Of a stretch of DNA of 45,789 bases, positions 36,589-45,051 are shown piece after piece (position 1 is the first letter of the stretch; every line of letters begins with the position of its first letter). The stretch is from a virus (Duplodnaviria > Caudoviricetes), in the IMG/VR virus record IMGVR_UViG_3300046008_001462, positions 1 to 45,789 of that record. One strand, 5' to 3'. The notes beneath the pieces were generated by a model. The model worked only from the letters and a program-made list of their open reading frames with translations, did no database searches and was not told where the DNA came from. A program made the translations under genes and the position numbers.

Positions 36589-38969
36589 TGTCTTATACGT
36601 TCAAGTTATCGCCACTCGAATTTAATCTAAACGCCACAAAGTCAGGTACATCGCCACTTGATTTCAATTTAGGTAACGATGCGGGTGATGCAACGGGCGA
36701 GTTCGATTTTAAACTCGATGAGGTAACGGGAAGTTTTGAGGCGTTATCGCTTGATGTGTTTGGAGCGTTTGCATTCCAACTCGATGATTGCGTGGGGGTA
36801 TTTGAAGGCGAGTACGATTCAAACGTTAGACGCTCGCTTTACAACGGGGCAAACATTGTTGTTGAACAGACAGTTTTACTGCAATCGAAAGTGGCTTTTT
36901 TACAGGCGAACGCGGTTAAAAATTCCATTTCTGCGCTTTCAATGCAAGGAGTAACCATTGCTGAATCAAGTATGGTTGCGATGCGCCAAGGGAATGGTCT
37001 GGTCATTGAAACGCAAAAAACCTCACAACAAAACATCGCTATCAATATTGGTGCAAACACCGATTTTAGATTTCAACAGGCTGTGCCGACGTTTTTTGAA
37101 CTGAATGCAAAACAGAATGTGGCGATTGCGTTACTCGTCAAAACCGCCGCCGATTTGCAGCAACTCATTCCCATTGGTCAGCGTTATAGCTTTGTTGTCG
37201 ATGACATGAACGATGCCACGCACGTTTTCAAAGTTCACTTTAACAAAACGTTGCTACCAGAGTTTCAATACACGCCGCGTGCGGATTTCATTCTTCAGCA
37301 ACCACCAATTGAGCGAATTTTCACCCAAACCGATCCCTCGTATCAAACAAAAAATCCTGTTGAATTTGATTTGTTGGAATTAGCCAATAAAACAAACGTC
37401 GTGTCCTTTGATTTGAATGACAGCGGTCTTGAAAAGGCACAGTTCACGCGCTCTATTTTCGAAAGCGTGTTGGATTACGCGCCAAGCGGACTGTTTTCTT
37501 ACGCTTTCACGGGCGAAAAATATCAACTCCTTGAATCAGTACAACGCGGTGGATTTAGGTTGTCAAAATCCGTCAACACAGCAACCGCCGATACGTTAAT
37601 GGTTCATAAATGCTTTAAATCTGAACAAGCGTTGGTGCTGTTTAATGTCAAACAGCGTTTAGCTGATACAGGCGGTGGCGGAACGGGAAACACTGACCCA
37701 CCAAGACCATCAATTACGCCAAAACCCACCACGATAACTTTTACCATTCCAAGAAAAACGGTTTATACGATGCAACACACTATCACCGCGACACTACTCG
37801 ATTTAACGCCACTTGATGTGTCAGACATTTCGCTCAATGTAGATGCCGATTCATGGGCATGGACGTTTAATTGCCGACTGCTTAATGCAGAGCAATTGCC
37901 TCTGGTGGTTAAATCAGACGGCACAGCGGTTCAAATTATCATCACAATCAACGGTTATTCGTTCAACGTACTGGTAGAAAAAGTCACGCGCAATCGCACG
38001 TTCGCCAAAAATTCGATTTCATTATCGGGACGCAGTTTGACAGCGTTACTCACGCTGCCATACCTACAGCCTACCAGTGCAACACAATCAGATTTAATGA
38101 ATGTTCAACAGTTGGTGGCGTTGGAGTTGCCGTTTGGTTGGGAGATTGGACTTTGGTCAGCGGCAAATTGGAGCATTCCCGCTGGGGCATTTAGCTACAC
38201 GGCAAAAACACCGATTCAAGTGATTTCAGGCATTGCCGCCGATATTGGGGCGGTTATCGCGCCATCGCGCCACAGCAAAAAAATTGATGTCATGCCGCGT
38301 TATCCCGTTCTGCCTTGGAATTATGAAAACGAAACGCCCGACTTAATTATTCCTGATGCGGTGATTGAATCGCTCACTTATCGAAATGTTGTTCCAGCGC
38401 AAGGAAACGCTGTTTATGTACATGGCTCAGATATTGGCGGCGTGTTATCCCGTTGCCGATTGACGGGAACAGCAGGCGATAAATTATTACAAACCATCAC
38501 CAATTCGCTAATGACAGATGTTATCGGTTGTCGGGCGTTGGGTGAGCGGCTTTTAGCGGCGCAATGGGAACAGCCTGCGATTCAATCTTTAATGATTCCA
38601 TTAAATGCCACAGATATTCCATTGGCGAAAATTGGGGATTTAGTGCGTATCGACATCGACGATGGTCATGTTTTTGGCGTGGTGAATTCAGTTGGGATTA
38701 GCGCAAATTTAGGTAAAGTTTCGCAAACTATTACCATCGGTGAAGAAACTGCCAACGTCTGGCAAGGTTTCAAAGAACTGTTGCCGCGTGACCCATTGCT
38801 GGTGGGTACACTTTCAAATACCGATGGTCAAACGTCATTGATGACCTTGATTGATGGTGGCGTGATTCGTGTGCGTGGGACAGGTACTGTTAATTCAAAA
38901 TACTACATCCGCGCTGGGCGTATTGAAAATGAAGCTCCGAATTTAGTGGTGAGTGAGCTTGTGATCTGA
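36588..38969 (+). CDS. Tail tip/hub protein
   Basis: Last gene of the tail module; DADSWAW.F, GRS.TALL..PY and PRYPVLPW motifs. Confidence 0.75.
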   Translation: MSYTFKLSPLEFNLNATKSGTSPLDFNLGNDAGDATGEFDFKLDEVTGSFEALSLDVFGAFAFQLDDCVGVFEGEYDSNVRRSLYNGANIVVEQTVLLQSKVAFLQANAVKNSISALSMQGVTIAESSMVAMRQGNGLVIETQKTSQQNIAINIGANTDFRFQQAVPTFFELNAKQNVAIALLVKTAADLQQLIPIGQRYSFVVDDMNDATHVFKVHFNKTLLPEFQYTPRADFILQQPPIERIFTQTDPSYQTKNPVEFDLLELANKTNVVSFDLNDSGLEKAQFTRSIFESVLDYAPSGLFSYAFTGEKYQLLESVQRGGFRLSKSVNTATADTLMVHKCFKSEQALVLFNVKQRLADTGGGGTGNTDPPRPSITPKPTTITFTIPRKTVYTMQHTITATLLDLTPLDVSDISLNVDADSWAWTFNCRLLNAEQLPLVVKSDGTAVQIIITINGYSFNVLVEKVTRNRTFAKNSISLSGRSLTALLTLPYLQPTSATQSDLMNVQQLVALELPFGWEIGLWSAANWSIPAGAFSYTAKTPIQVISGIAADIGAVIAPSRHSKKIDVMPRYPVLPWNYENETPDLIIPDAVIESLTYRNVVPAQGNAVYVHGSDIGGVLSRCRLTGTAGDKLLQTITNSLMTDVIGCRALGERLLAAQWEQPAIQSLMIPLNATDIPLAKIGDLVRIDIDDGHVFGVVNSVGISANLGKVSQTITIGEETANVWQGFKELLPRDPLLVGTLSNTDGQTSLMTLIDGGVIRVRGTGTVNSKYYIRAGRIENEAPNLVVSELVI

Positions 38970-39027
38970 TTGACATAACAGCCCTGAAAGGTCGGATGAC
39001 ATGATTTTATTAGATTTTTGACTGTGC

Positions 39028-39513
39028 TTAACAAGCAGACGTAGCTAAATCGAAAGATTTTCTGCGATTTGAGTTATTAGTTGTTTTAACGTTTGCTTTG
39101 TTTTTTAACCATGTCGCAACATCTACCGAACTTTCTTCTAGTGCCAAGCGCATGAGTTTATCCATTGCTTCACTCTGAATTATTTCGCTACGTTCATATT
39201 TAGAAAAAGCATTTACTCCGCCTCCAAACATTTGGGCAGCCTGTTGTTGTGTTATTTTTAATTTATTGCGTAACCCAATTATTTCATCACTTGTCAATAA
39301 GCCATCGAATTTACGCCACGCATCTCTAATACGGCAATCGTTGAGTTTAATTTGTTCAGTCAAAACCATTTCTTCATTGCAATATGGACATAAGGCATAT
39401 TCCAAATCTACGAATAAAGAATGACTTTTGTACTGAATAGATTCTGTTGCTTGCAAAAGTTGCAATTGTCCAATGTTGCAAACAGGGCATTGTGATTGTG
39501 TGTTTTCCATCAT
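39028..39513 (-). CDS. mqsA: MqsA-family antitoxin (Zn finger plus XRE HTH)
   Basis: CPVC...CPYC zinc finger; LTSDEI..LR.KL..TQQQAAQMFGGGVNAFSKYERSE. Confidence 0.92.
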   Translation of the reverse strand: MMENTQSQCPVCNIGQLQLLQATESIQYKSHSLFVDLEYALCPYCNEEMVLTEQIKLNDCRIRDAWRKFDGLLTSDEIIGLRNKLKITQQQAAQMFGGGVNAFSKYERSEIIQSEAMDKLMRLALEESSVDVATWLKNKANVKTTNNSNRRKSFDLATSAC

Positions 39514-39536
39514 TATTTTTCCAACAAGATAATTTT

Positions 39537-39842
39537 TCACAAGTGAAACGATCCTATACTGACTTGGATTTTATCGTTTTGTAACAGTCGGAGCTTAAGG
39601 TAAATGTTATCGGCTTCTTCTTTACTTTTTGGTATGTACTCAATCTGATAAACATCAAAAAAACCATTGGGATATTCAATTGTTTTTTCAAAATGCCGTA
39701 ATTCTAATTTGGAAATACAATCAGACACATCATCCAATGTGTAACACAAGTTACTTATGTCTGTGCTGACTTTTCTTCCGCCATAAATTATTTCTTTGCA
39801 TTTAGCAGCATCAATGATTTTTTCGAGTAGATAATAGGGCAT
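39537..39842 (-). CDS. mqsR: MqsR-family mRNA interferase toxin
   Basis: P.Y.L..I, F.KT, DVY, IYLKL and SFH motifs; directly upstream of mqsA. Confidence 0.85.
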   Translation of the reverse strand: MPYYLLEKIIDAAKCKEIIYGGRKVSTDISNLCYTLDDVSDCISKLELRHFEKTIEYPNGFFDVYQIEYIPKSKEEADNIYLKLRLLQNDKIQVSIGSFHL

Positions 39843-39867
39843 TTAATAGAAATAAATTTATACGGCT

Positions 39868-39880
39868 AACCATTATGGTT
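39868..39880. promoter_or_regulatory. Putative MqsA operator
   Basis: AACCAT-T-ATGGTT palindrome just upstream of mqsR; resembles the E. coli MqsA AACCT-N-AGGTT box. Confidence 0.6.
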
Positions 39881-39910
39881 GATTCTAAAGCATCAAATGT
39901 GTAAATGGAA

Positions 39911-40109
39911 TATCAATTTTTTGGTATGGCAAAAATTTGTCATACCAAGATTTGTTTAATGATTTTTTGTGGCGTAGTTTGACGTACATTGAAAATGGGG
40001 AAGGCTTAACATATTGATTAAATTGGATTTTTAAATTAAGAACGCCACTTTTAATGCGATGGTCGCGCGTTCGAATCGCGCACGACCCACCAAATATATC
40101 AAGGACTTA
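39911..40109. promoter_or_regulatory. Three IHF consensus sites (WATCAANNNNTTR) around the att core
   Basis: TATCAATTTTTTG 39911-39923 (+), AATCAATATGTTA 40007-40019 (-), TATCAAGGACTTA 40097-40109 (+). Confidence 0.65.
40047..40092 (+). other. att core: 3' fragment of tRNA-Lys(UUU), not an intact tRNA
   Basis: ACTTTTAATGCGATGGTCGCGCGTTCGAATCGCGCACGACCCACCA contains anticodon loop, T-arm and CCA. The upstream sequence forms no D-arm or acceptor 5' strand. Confidence 0.9.
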
Positions 40110-40133
40110 GGTTAATTTCTAAGTCCTTTTTTT
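40101..40133 (+). terminator. Intrinsic terminator after the tRNA fragment
   Basis: AAGGACTTAG-N8-CTAAGTCCTT followed by a T-run. Confidence 0.85.
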
Positions 40134-40149
40134 GTGCCAGTTTAAAAAA

Positions 40150-40233
40150 TGTCCCAATTTTGTCCCATTTCAAAATAAATCCCCGCAACAAATGCCGATA
40201 AGTGACAATAAAACAGTCATAAAAACTGTCCCA
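40150..40233 (+). repeat. TGTCCCA direct repeats (integrase arm-type-like sites)
   Basis: Copies at 40150, 40161 and 40227. Confidence 0.6.
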
Positions 40234-40240
40234 TTTTTAC

Positions 40241-40834
40241 TTAACGTAAGTAAGTCATTTCAACTTTGATTTTTTCACCTTGTTTGTGTGTTGGTACAGG
40301 TAATGGAATACCGCTTTTAATCAATTCGTGACACTCACGCATTAACTTAAATTGCTCGGAGTAATTGGGGGATTTATCGGGATGTGTCTTTTGCATCATC
40401 AATCGCACTTTATCCGCGAATGGCTTAACTTCGTTGGCAGGCAAACCCATATCAAATACGCCACCAAAAAGATTAGAACCAAATTTAGCGACTTTGACCT
40501 TTCGATAAATAGCAGCGCATTCTGAAACGATGTAATTTTTTTCAACATCATCGCTTAATTGATACCGAATAACCCAATGTGGAACTGAACCAATAGAGCC
40601 GTCATCTTCTTTTGTTCGACTGCCAACAATTGCGCCATCGTGCCACAAATCTTTTAATGTTCGGTGAATCTGAATAAGGCTAGGCAACGTTTTCATTTCA
40701 TAACCTTGCCACTTGTATTCAAAAGCATCCTCAAGTCTGTATCGTATGTTGCTGGCAGAATAAGGCGGTTTATCCCAGTCGTCTGTATAAGCTAATGCTT
40801 CTAAGATTAACTTACGGTTTTTGGTCATTTTCAT
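40241..40834 (-). CDS. Hypothetical protein with a possible N-terminal winged HTH and a C-terminal J-domain-like HPD segment
   Basis: QIHRTLKDL...G helix-wing pattern; MMQKTHPDKSPNYSEQFKLMRECHELI. Start probably ATG 40834. Confidence 0.6.
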   Translation of the reverse strand: MKMTKNRKLILEALAYTDDWDKPPYSASNIRYRLEDAFEYKWQGYEMKTLPSLIQIHRTLKDLWHDGAIVGSRTKEDDGSIGSVPHWVIRYQLSDDVEKNYIVSECAAIYRKVKVAKFGSNLFGGVFDMGLPANEVKPFADKVRLMMQKTHPDKSPNYSEQFKLMRECHELIKSGIPLPVPTHKQGEKIKVEMTYLR

Positions 40835-40845
40835 GTCTTTAATTC

Positions 40846-40877
40846 CTAATTGTATAATAACGTTATTATACAATTAG
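40846..40877. repeat. Perfect 32-bp palindrome
   Basis: CTAATTGTATAATAAC|GTTATTATACAATTAG. Confidence 0.95.
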
Positions 40878-40914
40878 AATTCGTATTGTATTGCTCACAA
40901 TCTGAACTGAAAAC

Positions 40915-41154
40915 TTAGTCAATCGTTTCAATTTTATCAATACTGGATAAAACCATAGCTAACTGCTTACCCAATTCTTTCAATTCATAAATTGCTGTAA
41001 CTTCATCTAGCAACCCACGTTCAAGCAAAGCAACGATTTCTGCGTTCATGGTGCGCTTATTTGTCTTCGCACGAGTTTTGATTTTGTCTCGCAACTCAAC
41101 GGGGATTCGGATGTGAGAAGATATATCAGCCGCTGTTTTTTCAGGTGTAATCAC
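40915..41154 (-). CDS. Arc-family ribbon-helix-helix DNA-binding protein
   Basis: IRIPVELRDKIKTRAKTNKRTMNAEIVALLE. Confidence 0.9.
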   Translation of the reverse strand: MITPEKTAADISSHIRIPVELRDKIKTRAKTNKRTMNAEIVALLERGLLDEVTAIYELKELGKQLAMVLSSIDKIETID

Positions 41155-41438
41155 TTCCTCTCCTCCAAATCAGGCAACCCCTTAACAATCTCAACACTAC
41201 CCACGCTAACAGCCACAATCCGCTTCACCAAATCCAAAATATAGCGCGGGTTCTCGCTCCAATCATTCGGGTTATTTTTGATGCCGCTGTCTTTATCAAC
41301 CGTTACGGCGTAGCGTTCCATAATCCACTCAATCGCAGATTTACCATTCACAACGTACTCGTAAGCCTTCAACGGAATACATGACAACGTAACAACCGTG
41401 AAATCTACTATCATTGGTTTTCGTTGGTGAGTATTCAA
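41151..41438 (-). pseudogene. C-terminal remnant of a Type ISP (LlaBIII/LlaGI-like) restriction-modification enzyme
   Basis: IP..AYEYVVNGKSAIEWIMERY....DKDSGI.N.PNDW...PRYILDL..R...VS matches the Type ISP C-terminus. The rest of the gene is absent. Confidence 0.8.
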
Positions 41439-44302
41439 ATGCTCCCACCCATGCCTTCAATAAATGTATCAATAAACGCCTGAATTTTATCTTTGATGCG
41501 CTCAACAATCGTCTTGCTTTCAAGGATTTTAGGTTTGAAATTCAACGCGCTTTTAATCTCTTGGTTCTTTGGTAAATCGTTGGCGAACGTGTAATTATTC
41601 AACAGCTTTTGCAATTGCTCAGGCACTATATTTTCATCTGTACATAATTGCTCAAAGGCTTTTTGTTGGTGTTCTGTCCAAAATTCCGCAAACCTTTCCA
41701 TCACATCATCACTGGAATTCGACGCGGTTAGATTCTCAGCAATAAACGCTTCAATCAAAACTCGCTTACTGCGTAATTGCGCGTTCCCCGCCATGCTATC
41801 AATGATTTCTTTTTGCCGCTTGTCACGGTCTTCTGGGTTTAACGTGTTCAGGTTCAGCAACAAATTCAAAATATAGGCGACGTTAATCTCATCGCGGTGA
41901 ATCAAGGTTAATTCAAAATCCACATCGTCTAAAATCGAGGCTTTATCACCGCCGCCGCGCTCACGTTTAATCTTGTCGTGCAAATCCAAGTATTTACTTT
42001 TGTAATCCTCAAAACTCTGTTCTGGCAACGTCAAATCGTCTGCCGAAAAATCTGAGAACGTCGTCAAGGTGTTTTTAATGCGGAGCAATTCACGAAAGCG
42101 TGTCACAAATTCCAACTGTTCTGTTTCGCTCGGCAATTGGTCAACACTCTGCACAGTCGGTGCAGTAGTTAATAACTTTTCAGCGGCTTGATTAAAGTCG
42201 GCAACATATTCGTGATACGGTTTCACCAGTACCGTTTCTTTTGCATCTTTGTTGGAAAACAACGCAATCGCATCATCGGTAGCTTGTTTTAAATTACGAA
42301 AACAAATGATATTACCTTGTGATTTTCGCTCGTTCAAAATGCGATTGGTGCGTGAAAACGCCTGCACTAAGCCGTGATAACGAAGGTTCTTATCAACGTA
42401 CAAGGTGTTTAAATTTGGGCTATCAAACCCCGTTAAAAACATATTCACCACTAGCAAAATATCGACCTGTCCAGCTCTCACGCGCTTGGCAATATCTTGG
42501 TAGTAATTGTAAAAACTTTGGTTGTCGTTGGTGCTGTATTTTGTACCAAACAGCGCGTTATAGTCGGCAATGAATTCGTCTAATTTATCGCGGCTCGATT
42601 GGTTGATTTTCGCGCCACTCGGCACTTCGGCGGATTCTTCAGGTAATAAGCCGTTAATCAATCCGTTCGCTTCTAAATCCGCTTCGTTCGCGGCATAACT
42701 GAAAATGGTGGCAATTCTTAACGGACGGCTTGCGTTAGCTTGTTTGCGTTTGAACAACTCGTAATAACGTATCAAGGTGGCGACATTGCTCACGCAAAAC
42801 ATCGCCGTGAAATTCGGGGCTTTGGTTTTTTGTCGATGATGCGCCAAAATGTAATCGGTAATCTTTTCTAACCGTTGCTCACTTTCGAGTAACTCTTTAG
42901 TATCGATGGCTTCAACTTCAATATCTAATTCGTTCGCGCTGTCTTTTTGCTGATATTTGCCAACGTATTCGACCGAAAACCTCAACACGTTTTCATCTCG
43001 AATCGCATCAACAATCACATATTTATGCAGGCATTCGCCGAATAATGATTTTGTGGTTTGTTGATTGCCTTCTGAACCCGTCGCGTTATCTGCAAAAATT
43101 GGCGTTCCCGTGAAGCCAAACATTTGCGCTTGTTTGAAAAACCGTTTGATATTTTTATGCGTTTCGCCAAATTGACTACGGTGGCATTCGTCAAAAATAA
43201 ACACCACTTTTTTGTCTTGCAACGGCGAAACTTGCTCGGCGTAACGCCCGTTGTTAATGGCGTTGTTGAGTTTTTGAATCGTGGTGACAATCAACTTGCA
43301 ACTGTCATCACTAAGTTGAGCGACTAATTTATTCGTGTCGCTGGTGTTATCGACGCAGCCTTTTGAGAAAGCATTAAATTCTTGCGAGGTTTGATAATCC
43401 AAATCTTTACGGTCAACGACAAACAGCACTTTATGCACTTTCGGCAAACGGGTAATGATTTGGCTCGCCTTGAATGAAGTCAGCGTTTTTCCGCTGCCTG
43501 TGGTGTGCCAAATATAAGCGTTGTTGGTGCTGGTTTTTACTTGATTGACGATGCCTTCAACGGCGTAAAATTGATACGGACGCAACACCATCAACGCCTT
43601 CGCGGTTTCGTTCAATACCGTGTAATGGGTAATCATTTTCGCAATGTGGCACTGTTTGAAAAACTCCGCCGTGAACTCGTGTAAATCTGATAAACGATTA
43701 TTTTCGGTGTCTGTCCAAACAAAGGTTTGTTCAAACGATTGCTTGCTGTTGTTGGCGAAAAACTTGGTATTTACGCCGTTGCTGATGACGAAAAGTTGAA
43801 CGTATTGAAACAATCCCGCTCCAGCATCGTAGGAATCACGCTGATAACGATTGATTTGATGAAAGGCGACTTTTAACTCACAGCCTCGTTTTTTGAGTTC
43901 GATTTGTACCAACGGCAAACCGTTAATTAACAGCGTCACGTCATAACGGTTTTTGCGTTTGCCTTCCATTGTGATTTGATGCGTGACTTGAAACTCGTTC
44001 ATGCACCAATCGTCACAATTTAAAAAACTCAGCCACACGGTTTCGTTGCCGTCGTCACGTTTCAAAACAAACTTATCCCGCAGTAATTTCGCCCGCTCAA
44101 ACACCGTTCCCGTGTTCAAATGATTCAAAACCCGCTCGAATTCCGAAGTCGTCAAACGGATATTTTTGTTGTGGATTTCTAATTGGCGTTTGAAGTTAGC
44201 ACGCATATCGCTGTCGTTTTCAATACGAACTTGTTCGTATTCCATACCGACCAATTGAGCAATTAAGGCGTTTTCTAATTCGTATTCGGATTGGGTTGTC
44301 AT
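41435..44302 (-). CDS. hsdR: Type I RM restriction subunit HsdR (EcoR124I/type IC-like)
   Basis: RYDVTLLINGLPLVQIELK, WHTTGSGKT, DECHRSQFG, FTGTP, MFLTGFD, QAFSRTNR and C-terminal DFEL...DEINVAYI motifs. Confidence 0.97.
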   Translation of the reverse strand: MTTQSEYELENALIAQLVGMEYEQVRIENDSDMRANFKRQLEIHNKNIRLTTSEFERVLNHLNTGTVFERAKLLRDKFVLKRDDGNETVWLSFLNCDDWCMNEFQVTHQITMEGKRKNRYDVTLLINGLPLVQIELKKRGCELKVAFHQINRYQRDSYDAGAGLFQYVQLFVISNGVNTKFFANNSKQSFEQTFVWTDTENNRLSDLHEFTAEFFKQCHIAKMITHYTVLNETAKALMVLRPYQFYAVEGIVNQVKTSTNNAYIWHTTGSGKTLTSFKASQIITRLPKVHKVLFVVDRKDLDYQTSQEFNAFSKGCVDNTSDTNKLVAQLSDDSCKLIVTTIQKLNNAINNGRYAEQVSPLQDKKVVFIFDECHRSQFGETHKNIKRFFKQAQMFGFTGTPIFADNATGSEGNQQTTKSLFGECLHKYVIVDAIRDENVLRFSVEYVGKYQQKDSANELDIEVEAIDTKELLESEQRLEKITDYILAHHRQKTKAPNFTAMFCVSNVATLIRYYELFKRKQANASRPLRIATIFSYAANEADLEANGLINGLLPEESAEVPSGAKINQSSRDKLDEFIADYNALFGTKYSTNDNQSFYNYYQDIAKRVRAGQVDILLVVNMFLTGFDSPNLNTLYVDKNLRYHGLVQAFSRTNRILNERKSQGNIICFRNLKQATDDAIALFSNKDAKETVLVKPYHEYVADFNQAAEKLLTTAPTVQSVDQLPSETEQLEFVTRFRELLRIKNTLTTFSDFSADDLTLPEQSFEDYKSKYLDLHDKIKRERGGGDKASILDDVDFELTLIHRDEINVAYILNLLLNLNTLNPEDRDKRQKEIIDSMAGNAQLRSKRVLIEAFIAENLTASNSSDDVMERFAEFWTEHQQKAFEQLCTDENIVPEQLQKLLNNYTFANDLPKNQEIKSALNFKPKILESKTIVERIKDKIQAFIDTFIEGMGGSI

Positions 44303-45048
44303 ACAAAACCTAGTTGAAATACGGATTTGACAACTTTATCCCAATTCTCATGGTCAAGATTTATACGTCCTGAAATATCATAACGCTCAATCTTTGAATT
44401 TTCGGATATAAACTCGGGCATTTGTTTTCCAAGTTGTTCAATTTGACGCATAAAATTCATACCTTCGTCATATAGCCCTTTTGAAAATAATTCAGCTGAT
44501 TTTTTATCAAGCACGTTTCGCTTTTCTACATCTTCTTCAGAATATACTGCGTGGGGAATTGATAATGGAATTCTATGTGCAGCGGGGTCACGAAATTCAC
44601 GCATCTCCCAATACCAATCGTTGAATGGCTTTAATGTTGTAGCTAGTTGTGTCAAATTTTCAGGAAAAGCAGCTAAAAATTCTTTTCCAAGAATTTGAGC
44701 AAATTTACGATGTTGAAAATTATTTTCATCAATTTTTTCAAGTAAATTATGATGATATATCAATGCCCAAGCAAGATTATCTAATGAGCCAGACAAGTTT
44801 AGATAGTAAGAATTTAACAATAGCGTCAGCCTTGCAGATAAATAACTTCCAAGAGGTTTTTGTGCTTTTGTTAATTCTTCGTTAATAGTTATGACGCTTT
44901 CGTCCATCATAGCGACACGCACCAAAAATCCTCGGTGCAAATGCCTTTTAACATTTTCAGGTAACAGATGGCGCATATCACAAAGGTATTGTTCTCTAAC
45001 CCATCTATATGACATCAGCACCTTTGTTACATCTATAATTTCACTCAT
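44299..45048 (-). CDS. Putative HEPN-domain protein inserted between hsdS and hsdR
   Basis: All-helical protein with N-terminal NL.GSLDNLAW and an Rx4H motif (FRDPAAHRIP); AT-rich. Confidence 0.7.
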   Translation of the reverse strand: MSEIIDVTKVLMSYRWVREQYLCDMRHLLPENVKRHLHRGFLVRVAMMDESVITINEELTKAQKPLGSYLSARLTLLLNSYYLNLSGSLDNLAWALIYHHNLLEKIDENNFQHRKFAQILGKEFLAAFPENLTQLATTLKPFNDWYWEMREFRDPAAHRIPLSIPHAVYSEEDVEKRNVLDKKSAELFSKGLYDEGMNFMRQIEQLGKQMPEFISENSKIERYDISGRINLDHENWDKVVKSVFQLGFV

Positions 45049-45051
45049 AAT

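Larger units (their letters stand above)
6376..40092 (+). mobile_element. Prophage late region (siphovirus-type, Mu-like head genes) ending at a tRNA-Lys att site; left boundary not determined
   Basis: Contiguous lysis, packaging, head and tail genes with an att core at the right end. No early genes in the window. Confidence 0.88.

Noticed and set aside
25345-38969. Contractile tailocin or eCIS
   Set aside because: No sheath or baseplate wedge genes, and full head and packaging genes are present.
38970-39005. TTGACA after the last tail gene as a promoter
   Set aside because: No acceptable -10 at 16-18 bp spacing.
40020-40092. Intact tRNA-Lys gene
   Set aside because: The 5' acceptor strand and D-arm are missing; only the 3' part from the anticodon loop is present.
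40846-40877. Protelomerase target site
   Set aside because: No protelomerase gene in the window and no convincing match to tel sites I know; kept only as an unexplained palindrome.
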